From assembly GCA_963758915.1 (NCBI GenBank), contig CAVWXH010000006.1, positions 1 through 64,000 of the forward strand: 64,000 bases of DNA, read 5' to 3'. Source of the stretch: an uncultured Methanomicrobiales archaeon. GTDB taxonomy: Archaea > Halobacteriota > Methanomicrobia > Methanomicrobiales > Methanospirillaceae. A program made the position numbers and the translations under genes. How positions within the stretch are numbered: position 1 is the first letter of the stretch; each line of letters opens with the position of its first letter. This document shows, piece after piece, positions 1-9,806 of this stretch. The notes under the pieces are model-generated. The model saw only the letters and a list, made by a program, of their open reading frames with translations. It ran no database searches and was not told where the DNA came from.

Positions 1-1303
1 GTGCCGAGATCGAGAGAGTTGTACCGGTATTTAGCGCACCCTGCTGTGAGGATCACCGTATCCTTTGGTAGTGCCTGGGCAAAATTCGTGTAATAGTCCC
101 GCTCTTTTTGCCTGCCATCGCATCCGGCCATGACAATGAAGCGTTTGATATCCCCGCTCTTTACCGCTGCAACAACCTTGTCTGCAATCGCGAGTACCGC
201 ACCATGGGCACAACCGGTTATGAGGTCGTTCCTGCTTCCCGGGAGGGCGTTGGGTGGCTGGCTGGTCTTTGCATACGCTATGATCGGTGAGAAGTCCTTC
301 TTCCCGTCTTTGGAAGCGGTGATGTGTTTGGTGCCTGAAAATCCGACCAGTCCGGTCGTAAAGACCCGGTCCTTGTAGGTATCCTTCGGTGGAACAAGGC
401 AGTTGGTCGTGAACAGGACCGGGCCGTTGAACTGCTCGAACTCCTCCTTCTGGTGCCACCACGAACTTCCGTAATTGCCATACAGGTGAGTATATTTTTT
501 GAACGCAGGATACGCGTGTGCCGGGAGCATCTCCCCGTGGGTATATACATCAACACCGGCATTTTTTGACTGTTCAAGCAGCATCTCAAGGTCTTTTAAG
601 TCATGGCCGGTGATAAGGATTCCCGGCCGTGATCCTACCGTTGTTTTAACGCTCGTGATCTGCGGATTTCCATATGCAGAGGTATTGGCTGAATCGAGAA
701 GGGCGAGGACCTTTACCCCGTTTTCCCCGCATTCCATTACGAGAGCAATCATGTCGGGGACCGTCAGATCGTCCAAGGTGGATGCAAGCCCTTTCTGGAG
801 AAATGCTGTGATGGAATCATCAGTTTTACCAAGCACCGCTGCATGGGTGTAGTAGGCTGCAATACCTTTGAGCCCGAAGAGCAGGGTAGAGCGGAGCGAG
901 CGGACATCTTCATTGTGTTGTCGCCAGAATCCCCACGGTTTTTGCCTTCTCCAGTATGTCGCTGTCACTTTTCGGTTTCCAGGTACAGGCATCCGGTTCA
1001 GCATTACCAGTTGCCGGGAGGGCATCCCGGAGCGCAACAGCATGGTTAATCATGTCAAAGAATCGTGCTTTGTCAAAATTTACATTGGTCAGCGTGGAAA
1101 AGAGTGCGTCAGCGATGAACAATCCCATCGGTAGGATCTCCTTTGCCCTTCTCCATTGCCGCAAGGTTCCTGACCGAGATCCCCTTGCAGACGTAGATAA
1201 GCACATCCTGGTATGCAGCGATCTCGTCTTCCTTACCGCAGACACCTTTTACCGTACATCCCGTCCCCTTAACGGTCTCTTCGCATTGGTAGCAGAACAT
1301 CAT
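1..1303 (-). CDS. hcp: Hydroxylamine reductase / hybrid cluster protein (runs off the left edge; two apparent +1 frameshifts at ~1130 and ~916)
   Basis: N-terminal [17 protein letters not shown] motif. Continues in shifted frames with [73 protein letters not shown]. Confidence 0.93.
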
Positions 1304-1325
1304 CGAACTCCATTATTTCTTTTTG

Positions 1326-1345
1326 ATACAAGATATCAATTGTAT
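1326..1345. promoter_or_regulatory. Candidate operator, inverted repeat ATACAA-N8-TTGTAT between divergent hcp and the HxlR-family gene
   Basis: Perfect 6-bp arms at 1326-1331 and 1340-1345 within an 81-bp divergent intergenic region. Confidence 0.35.
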
Positions 1346-1384
1346 ACCTTATTATAAATACTCGGGAGTTTCCAAATACATACT

Positions 1385-1744
1385 ATGCAGGATGCGTGCA
1401 CGGTCAACCAGACCGTGAAATATCTGACAAAGAAATGGACATTGCTGATCATCCTTGAGCTCTACAAAGGCCAGGGGTATACCCGCAGGTTTTCCGAGCT
1501 CCGTGATGCTCTCGATGGTATTACCCCAAAAATCCTCTCGGAACGGCTGAAGGAACTTGAAGAAGAAAGAATTCTCACCCGGAATGTGGACGCAACCGCA
1601 TTCCCGGTCAAGACAGAATATACCCTGACGGAAAGCGGTCTTGAATTGGTGAATGTGATCCGGGGCATCAAGCAGTGGGCGTTGAAATGGAAGATCGACA
1701 ATATTCCCTGCGGTCAACAGGACTGCAAGGTGTGCGTGCTGTAA
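1385..1744 (+). CDS. HxlR-family winged-helix transcriptional regulator with a Cys-rich tail
   Basis: C..V......L.KKWTLLII.EL, RRFSELR..L.GITPK.LS.RLKELE, P.K.EY.LTE.G. C-terminal CGQQDCKVC. Confidence 0.9.
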   Translation: MQDACTVNQTVKYLTKKWTLLIILELYKGQGYTRRFSELRDALDGITPKILSERLKELEEERILTRNVDATAFPVKTEYTLTESGLELVNVIRGIKQWALKWKIDNIPCGQQDCKVCVL

Positions 1745-1832
1745 GGGATAATTCTGTGATAAAAGGAAAGCCGGATGGTATTCTCGAAAAACCAGTCATC
1801 GGCAACTTCCTGTGCATCTTTTCTGGCTTTTC

Positions 1833-2069
1833 TCATCCCTCTTTCTTCTCAACAAGTTTCTGGTACATCTCCTCACCTACGCATTCTTTCGCATACTTGC
1901 ACCACTGGACACACGATATAATATCGTTATAGATAACAAAACCGCAGTTGCTGCATGCCACCTTGATGTCATTTGAGAAAATTTCAATTTCCTCACCGCA
2001 TTCCGGGCACTTTTTTATTGAAAGTGTTGGGGTCCTGAGGTTCGCAGAACCGGGACAATGGTCAAGCAC
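1833..2069 (-). CDS. Small Cys-rich zinc-ribbon/Fe-S-like protein
   Basis: 78 aa with 8 Cys (HCPG, CPECG, CSNCG, CVQWC, EC). Overlaps the upstream gene, as in an operon. Confidence 0.8.
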   Translation of the reverse strand: MLDHCPGSANLRTPTLSIKKCPECGEEIEIFSNDIKVACSNCGFVIYNDIISCVQWCKYAKECVGEEMYQKLVEKKEG

Positions 2070-2352
2070 CCGTTACAACCCCGGATTTTTTATATTCCAT
2101 CAGCAATGCCACGCCGTAATCATTTGTCTTTTTGGTGGGAACGTAGTTGAGCGCCTTCGTTCGTTTTAAGAGCTCTTCGGTGATAACTATGTCATCGGAA
2201 AGATTCAGTCTCCTAACCTCTGCGATAATCCAATCCAGTTTATCGATCCCGGTCTCTTTACCGTCAACAAGAATCAGCCTGATGTTAATTTTATCCGGAG
2301 GGATACCTCCACAGATTGTGCAATAGTAGCCGTCCTGATCATTCCCGCCCAT
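2062..2352 (-). CDS. Small conserved methanogen protein with CxxC (usually annotated 'NAC family transcription factor')
   Basis: YYCTICGG...I.VDGKETGIDKLD...NYVP..K...Y..ALL.EY pattern. Operonic spacing. Confidence 0.7.
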   Translation of the reverse strand: MGGNDQDGYYCTICGGIPPDKINIRLILVDGKETGIDKLDWIIAEVRRLNLSDDIVITEELLKRTKALNYVPTKKTNDYGVALLMEYKKSGVVTGA

Positions 2353-2356
2353 CTGG

Positions 2357-2722
2357 TTACCCCCGGATCATAGTCAGTGTCATCTTGAATTTAGTGATGG
2401 CACTGAGTGCGTGAGGTGCGTTTGCCGGAAAGATAATAGTCTGCCCCTCTTTCATCTGGAGGGTCTGGCCTGCAACCCATACTTCACACTCACCATCAAG
2501 GATCGTAACCACAGCGTCATAGGGTGCTGTATGCTCGGAAAGCCCCTCGTTCTCGTCAAAAGAAAAGATCGTGATACTCCCGGCCTTGTTGTTGACGATC
2601 ATCCGGCTCGCAACTGTCCCGTCCTGATAGGAGACAAGATTTTTGAGATCGAGGACTTTTGCACCAAGTTCCTCCCGTTTTTTGTCGTGCTTATCCGGAT
2701 TTTCCAGTTTAAATTCCACCAT
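2357..2722 (-). CDS. Cupin domain protein
   Basis: FSFDENEGLSEHTAPYDAVVTILDGE...IIFPANAPHAL. GGAGG RBS upstream of the ATG at 2722. Confidence 0.9.
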   Translation of the reverse strand: MVEFKLENPDKHDKKREELGAKVLDLKNLVSYQDGTVASRMIVNNKAGSITIFSFDENEGLSEHTAPYDAVVTILDGECEVWVAGQTLQMKEGQTIIFPANAPHALSAITKFKMTLTMIRG

Positions 2723-2778
2723 ACAATCCTCCATGAGTGTGTGTTTTGAATCCAATTATGATTTTATTCATTCGCCAC

Positions 2779-2886
2779 TCACCGTTGATATCCCAGGGCC
2801 CCTGTAACCGGACAAACATCCGTGCATCTTCCACAGAGACAACATTCCGCTTTTTCATCATCACGTTTTGCTTTATCCGTTGGGCA
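2779..2886 (-). pseudogene. Remnant C-terminus of a 4Fe-4S dicluster (ferredoxin-type) protein
   Basis: Manual translation gives CPTDKAKRDDEKAECCLCGRCTDVCPVTGALGYQR* (CxxCxxCxxxCP). In-frame stop ~30 nt upstream and no start codon. Confidence 0.65.
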
Positions 2887-3110
2887 AGGGACAATATAAT
2901 TAGGTGATTGCTTAATTTAAGCCACTGCTATAAACTAACTGAGTGATGGCGAGCAGTGGATTGCGCACAGCGGCTATCTGAGTATTACCGGAGCCATGCA
3001 AAAAAGCATGAACGTACCGCACGGTTTATGGAACGAATTGGCATCGATACGCTGAAATCGGAATTACTTACATTAATTCCGTATATTCCAATAGAAAAGG
3101 TGAATTAAAT

Positions 3111-3450
3111 ATGAAAATTACTGAAGTTGCAAAGGTGGTATCGGGACCCAATCCCCACCATGTAGACGCACGAAAGATATACGACTCAACACATGCAATA
3201 GCCGTGGTAATAACACTTCAGCCCGGGGAATCGCTGAAAAAGCATTCAACTCCGGTTGATGTCTTCTTCTATGTGCTCGAAGGCACAGGAATTGTTGAGA
3301 TCGGTGACGAACGAAATACCGTTGGCAAAGATATGCTGGTGGAGAGTCCTGCACGGATCCCACACCGGTGGCTGAATGAGAGTAAGGTCTGTGTTCCGGG
3401 TGCTGGTGGTCAAGGTACCTAAACCCACGGAAGAAACAAAACTGCTTTGA
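3111..3450 (+). CDS. Cupin domain protein (apparent +1 frameshift at ~3386)
   Basis: TLQPGESLKKHSTPVDVFFYVLEGTG...ESPARIPHRW.N. The shifted frame gives the typical end SVFRVLVVKVPKPTEETKLL*. Confidence 0.85.
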
Positions 3451-3502
3451 TTTACCAGGCAGAGGATTAGATTATTCAACTGCCAGAAACACGCGAAAAG
3501 TT

Positions 3503-4138
3503 TCACCCATTAAAATTATGGTAGTCGTAACAGTTCTGTATAAACTCCTGTTTCCGGTGCTTACTCGCGTTTCGCGGTGGTTTCAGGTATCCGATCTCCG
3601 GTGTCTGCAGGGCCGGGCAGAATGGACAGAGGGCCGCATCGACATCGTTTGCCTTCTCCCGGACCGGGCAGTAGTATACCCCTTCAATGACCTCGACCTT
3701 GTCCCCACCCGGGAATGGCATCCCGACCGGGTGGCCTGGGAGTCCCTGCACGAACATGCAGAAACCTGCGAGCAGGAATTTCAAAAACCTCAGCCGGACC
3801 TGTTCATCCCCCCCCGAAGTGCACTGTGCTGCGACCATCTTCCAGTAATCACCCGCATTCATTGCAAGAGATTCCCTCATCTGGACAAAATTTTTTAGCT
3901 CGTGCATTCGCCTGATGGCCTGGTAAGTTCCGTGAAGGTGGCCGGTGATCGTCTCCTCCAGTTTTTCCCGGTAATCCGGGTTGAAGTCCTGGACCGTATC
4001 AGAGAAATTCCCCCGCATCTGCTGCAGGTCACGGGGCGAGTACATCAGGACGATAACTGCAATGGCCTGGCCGAGTTCTCCCGTGGTCTTCTTTGACCAG
4101 AGTGTTGAGCAGTCACCTGCGATATGTGTGCAATCCAT
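3503..4138 (-). CDS. DUF2115 / UPF0305 family protein
   Basis: PGHPVGMPFPGG.KV....YYCPVREK......ALCPFCPA.Q signature. Confidence 0.85.
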   Translation of the reverse strand: MDCTHIAGDCSTLWSKKTTGELGQAIAVIVLMYSPRDLQQMRGNFSDTVQDFNPDYREKLEETITGHLHGTYQAIRRMHELKNFVQMRESLAMNAGDYWKMVAAQCTSGGDEQVRLRFLKFLLAGFCMFVQGLPGHPVGMPFPGGDKVEVIEGVYYCPVREKANDVDAALCPFCPALQTPEIGYLKPPRNASKHRKQEFIQNCYDYHNFNG

Positions 4139-4547
4139 AGTCAGGGGCTCCCTTTGGGGGGAAGAGGTTTGATTCTATATGTTTTATCTGCCAGCCAGAT
4201 ATTTAACAATTGAACCTGAAAGGTTTTTCTCGATGAAGTAAACTGCTTCAATACAGATGGGGTGCAGGAAAAAATAGTAGTGATTTGAACATCGGTGTTA
4301 TGAATCCCTGCTGGATGATTGATAACCCCCCCATATCATAATCGGTGTGGGCGATCGACGATGCAGCCTCGTGATTTACCCTTGAAAAAGACTAAAAAGG
4401 CGGGGTGTCGAAAATAACCAACCATTAAAGGATTTGTTATGCAAAGGCATTGAACCATGAATGACTAAAATCCGGAATAAGGCACTTTATTAATTAGGTG
4501 ATTATTAGGTATTATTTTATTATATAATACGTAATTTTGGCATATTT

Positions 4548-4805
4548 CGCTCTGTTGAAAAGTTATATTAGCCACCCGGAATCCTGATTATTCTGAAATT
4601 TATCTACGCTCTCGGGGCTCCGCCCCGCCGCTGTGGCGCCCCGGTTGGGATAGAGATATCCCCCAATACTCTGAATTTAATGAGCCTTCTGGAAACCCTG
4701 CCCGAAGAATATCTTAATGGGGATGGGGCAGGGGGGGTGAAACCCCCTCCTGTCTTCGTATTTCCCTCTTATTTTTTTATATCACCTAAGGATTTCAACG
4801 GAGCC
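4548..4805. mobile_element. MITE (~258 bp) with IS5-like TIRs and an 8-bp TSD
   Basis: Ends cGCTCTGTTGAAA / TTTCAACGGAGCC. Direct repeat GCATATTT at 4540-4547 and 4806-4813. Body homologous to 21524-21735 and 52768-53029. Confidence 0.88.
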
Positions 4806-5289
4806 GCATATTTTTTAATTATTTCTCGTACGTTCAGCGAAGGAGTGAAACCGGCACGACTATGAATTTCCCTCTTCACGAGCTTGGGTTTTATTCGTTC
4901 TCCGAATTTTTCAAGTAACTTGTCTATCCTCCGGTTGCTCGAATTTCAGGGACTGGGTCTAATCCGCCCGCTTATCACATCCTGGACGGGGTTAAACCTT
5001 GCTCCCAGATGCCAGACAGTGTGATGGAAGAATAGTTCCACACTATATAGAATTATCTAAATCAACAATGCAAAGACCGCGGATATTCACTCCTTACGAT
5101 TCATGGAGGTATTTCTGCTGTAATAATAAAAAATTAAAGCCGAATCAATTGTAATATCAGGATATCTCAAACCTGTGTGAAGGAAAAGAATGCCAGCGAC
5201 CAACTAGCATATATACAATAACCCGGACACGCTGTATTGGATACTTCCCCCTGCAGACCAGCATTGGTTCGTACCCGAGGTTTGGGAAT

Positions 5290-7717
5290 ATGCAACCTGG
5301 ATCAGTCCCGTCAGTATTCAGGACACAAATAAGACCCGCATTAATTATTTTCCTCCTTGTAACTGTAGTGACCGGCCTGCTCTATCCAATACTGATTACC
5401 GGCATTGCACAAGTTGCGTTCCCTGATCAGGCAAACGGGAACCTGATAACACACAACGGAAGTGTTGTCGGTTCCGCTTTAATCGGTCAGCCCTTTTCTT
5501 CACCCGGTTATTTCTGGGGGCGGCCATCAGCAACAACGCCCTACCCTTACAACCCGGAACCTTCGACAGGATCGAACCTTGGCCCTACAAATCCCGAATT
5601 AATCAACGCCGTGTCTGCCCGGGTTACGGCCTTGCGGGCAGCAGATCCCGGTAATAATCTCCCGGTACCGGTTGATCTGGTCACTTCCTCGGCAAGTGGT
5701 CTTGATCCAGACATCAGCATCGCTGCAGCGCAATACCAAATCAGCAGGGTCGCGAAGACCAGGAATATGAGTGAAACTGATATCGCCTGGCTTATCGATC
5801 AGAATACACAAAAACCTCAGTTCTGGCTTTTTGGTGAAGCACGGGTGAATGTGTTATCATTGAACCTTGCTCTGGATGACCTTGCGGCTCACCGTATTTC
5901 CGTTCCAGCCTATAAAACAAGCCTCATCGAACAGGAAATAAACTCCCCCGTTCCTGGTATCAGTGAAAAAGACGGGTTCCAGTTTATCCTTTACGCGGTT
6001 CTCCTTATTCTGTTCCTTGTCCCCTTCGGCCGGTTCATGGCAAAGGTGTATACAGGTGAGCATACCATTCTGTCCCCGGTTACAGCACCTGTTGAACGCT
6101 GGATGTACCGTGTCATCGGGACCAGCCCCGATGAAGAGATGGACTGGAAAACATTTGGAATTGCCCTTATAATCTTTAATATTCTCGGAATTATTGCTGT
6201 TTTCCTGGTGCAGCAGGTCCAGCACCTCCTCCCCCTGAACCCCGCCGGGCTCGGAACGGTACCATGGGACCTTTCCCTTAATACCGCAATCAGTTTCGCT
6301 ACCAATACAAACTGGCAGGCATATGCAGGGGAAACAACCCTGAGTTACCTTACCCAGATGATCGGACTGACCGTGCAGAATTTTGTTTCCGCTGCGACCG
6401 GCATGGCAGTCCTGATCGCTCTTATCTATGGACTTTCGCGAAAATCCACTGATAAGATTGGTAATTTCTGGGTGCTCCTGACCCGGAGCATCATTCATTC
6501 TCCTGCCAATCTGTCTTATCATTTCAGTCATCCTCGTCTCCCAGGGTACCATTCAGACCTTCAATGGACCTGTGACCGTTCCACTCCTTGATCCGGTCAA
6601 AGACAGTAACGGGGCCCTTATCACAACACAGATCATCCCACTCGGGCCGGCAGCCTCACAGGTTGCAATCAAGTTGCTGGGGACTAATGGTGGAGGGTTC
6701 TTTAATACAAACTCCGCTCACCCGTTCGAAAATCCCACACCATTTTCAAATTTCGTTGAAATCCTCGCTATCCTGTTAATCCCTGTCTGTCTCTGCTACA
6801 CATATGGGAAGATGGTTGGCTCAGCGAGAAAGGGAATTGCCATCCTTATCGCCATGACCATTATTTTTGTCCCACTGCTTGGTCTTGCCATCTGGTCGGA
6901 AACCGGGGGAAATCCGGCATTTACTCCGCTTGGAGTTGATCAGACTGCCGGAGCTCTCCAGCCGGGGGGTAACATGGAAGGAAAAGAGGTGCGTTTCGGC
7001 GTTCCCTTCGCATCAATGTTCTCAATAGTTACGACGGCAACGTCATGTGGTGCCGTAAATTCCATGCATGATTCCTTCATGCCACCGGGCGGCTTTGCCC
7101 AGATGCTGACGATGCAGTTCGGGGAGGTGGTCTTTGGGGGTGTCGGATCAGGGCTCTACGGGATGCTCGTCTTTATCATTATTGCTATGTTTATTGCCGG
7201 GCTCATGGTGGGAAGGACGCCTGAATATCTTGGTAAGAAAATCGAACCCCGTGAGATGAAAATTGCGACGATCATCATCATTATCCCCATTGTCCTGATC
7301 CTATCCGGCACTGCTGTCGCGGTCCTCACTGACGTTGGAAAATCCGCCGTATTAAACCCGGGGGCCCATGGGTTTTCTGAAATCCTCTATGCATTCACAT
7401 CGGTGTCCCAGAACAACGGAAGTGCATTTGCGGGGCTCTCAGTAAACAGCCTGTTTTATAATATCATCACGTCGGTCATGATGGTGATCGGCCGTTATGC
7501 GCCGGCAATCCTCACCCTCGCGCTGGCCGGTGCGTTTGCGCTGAAAAAGATCGTCCCGGTCAGCGAAGGAACCCTTCATGACCACCGTCCGCTCTTCATC
7601 ATCTGGCTGGTATTCGTAATAGTCATTGTCGGCGCACTGAGTTTTCTCCCCGTCCTCGCACTCGGGCCTGTCGCTGAATATCTCCAAATAATTTCCGGGG
7701 GTTTGTTCCATGTCTGA
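5290..7717 (+). CDS. kdpA: Fused KdpC-KdpA potassium-transporting ATPase subunit (apparent +1 frameshift at ~6493)
   Basis: Residues 1-200 are KdpC ([53 protein letters not shown]). These read in frame into KdpA (TNTNWQ). After the shift come LGTNGGG, TSCGAVN and NNGSAFAG. Confidence 0.92.
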
Positions 7718-9801
7718 TCCTGACGCCCGGAAGAACCAGGTCTCCCTCTATAAACGGGCAATGATTGATGCATTCCTGAAACTTGACCCCCGGTTAATGG
7801 CAAAAAACGTCGTGATGTTCGTCGTGGAAATTGGATCGATCATAACCACCCTCCTCTGGTTGCAGGCGCTATCCGGCCAGGGTGAGGCCCCGGCAGCATT
7901 TATCGGGGCGATAAGTATCTGGCTCTGGTTCACGGTAATCTTTGCAAATTTTGCGGAAGCGCTTGCAGAAGGCAGGGGTAAAGCACAGGCTGAATCTCTC
8001 CGGAAGATGCGACAGGACACTGAAGCAAAGAAACTGAGGGATAACTACAGGATTGTCAAAAACAGGATGCCTGAAAATTCAGATTATGCTACTATCCCTT
8101 CGTCGACTCTCCGCAAGTCCGACCTCTACTACGTCAATTCAGGGGATACGATCCCACTCGATGGTGAAATTGTCGAGGGCGTCGCGTCGGTGAACGAGAG
8201 TGCTATAACCGGTGAAAGTGCACCGGTCATCCGGGAGTCAGGTGGTGACCGGAGTGCCGTTACCGGAGGGACCGTGATCCTTTCAGACTGGCTTATCATC
8301 AGGGTGACGGCGAACCCTGGTGAAGGGTTCCTCGACCACATGATCTCGCTTATCGAAGGAGCAAAGCGGCAGAAGACACCTAATGAAATAGCCCTTAATG
8401 TCCTTCTTATTGGCCTCACTGCCATTTTCATTGTCGTATGTGCGACGCTCTGGGCTTTTTCCTATTATTCGGTGGAGACCGCAGGGTTTGGACAAGTCAT
8501 CACGGTCACAACACTCATCGCTCTCCTGGTATGCCTTGCACCGACGACTATCGGGGGATTGCTCAGTGCTATTGGCATCGCAGGAATGGACCGGTTAATC
8601 CGTCGTAATGTCATTACGACCTCGGGCAGGGCAATAGAGGCAGCAGGAGATGTGGATGTCCTCCTCCTCGACAAGACAGGGACGATCACCCTGGGAAACC
8701 GCCAGGCGGTGGAACTGATCCCGGTAGACGGGAATGACATAAACCAGCTCGCGGAAACGGCCCAACTTGCCTCCCTGGCCGACGAGACACCTGAAGGAAG
8801 AAGTATTGTTGTGCTCGTCAAGGAACGCTACGGGCTGCGGGGCCGGAATGTGGGTGCCAACGAGCAGGACCCGGAAATGCAGTTTATCCCATTCTCAAGC
8901 CATACACGGATGAGTGGCGTTAACATTGGGCACGTTTCCATCAGGAAAGGTGCAGCCGATGCAATTGCTCACTACATGGAAGAGGAAGGAAACAGTGTTT
9001 CCCCGGACCTGAAGGTGAAGGTGGAGGCGATTTCCGGCTCGGGAGGTACGCCCCTGGTCGTTGCGAAGAACGGGAAAGCGCTCGGGGTAATTCACCTGAA
9101 AGATGTGGTAAAGGGTGGGATCAAGGAGAGGTTTTCCCAGCTAAGACGTATGGGGATTAAAACAGTGATGATCACCGGCGATAACAGGCTTACCGCAGCG
9201 ACCATTGCAGCTGAGGCAGGAGTTGACGATTTCCTCGCGGAGGCAACCCCCGAAAGCAGAGCTCCGTATGATCAGGGATTACCAGGCAGGGGGCCGAATG
9301 GTCGCTATGACCGGTGATGGTACGAATGATGCACCAGCCCTCGCCCAGGCCGATGTCGCCGTGGCTATGAATACCGGGACACAGCCGGCCCGCGAAGCGG
9401 CAAATATGATCGACCTGGATAGCAACCCCACCAAGCTGATCGAAATCGTGGAGATCGGGAAACAATTGCTGATGACGAGAGGGGCATTGACCACGTTTTC
9501 AATCGCAAATGACCTGGCCAAGTATTTCGCCATTATTCCGGCGGCCTTCATTACCACCTACCCGGCATTGGCAGCCCTCAATTTCCTCGGCCTCCATAAT
9601 GCCATCCTCTCTGCGGTGATTTTTAACGCAATAATTATTGTGCTACTTATCCCTCTCGCCCTTCGCGGAGTGAAGTACAAGCCGATGACTGCGGAAGAAG
9701 CACTACGAAATAACATAATTATGTACGGAATCGGGGGAATAATTGCCCCGTTTATCGGGATCAAAATAATAGATCTCCTCCTTGTTCTCATGGGGGTGTA
9801 A
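7710..9801 (+). CDS. kdpB: Potassium-transporting P-type ATPase subunit B (apparent +1 frameshift at ~9258)
   Basis: TGES, DKTGT, MITGDN in the first frame. [12 protein letters not shown] and [16 protein letters not shown] in the shifted frame. Confidence 0.95.
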
Positions 9802-9806
9802 ATGCT

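Noticed and set aside
4680-4865. Short ORFs at 4680-4865, 21530-21727, 52609-52803 and 62114-62431
   Set aside because: They overlap the MITE copies or cap and read as translations of repeat DNA, with no protein motifs.
4140-5289. Long intergenic region upstream of kdp: searched for kdpF and a c-di-AMP riboswitch
   Set aside because: No hydrophobic KdpF-like peptide or recognisable riboswitch consensus was seen by eye. A covariance-model search would be needed.
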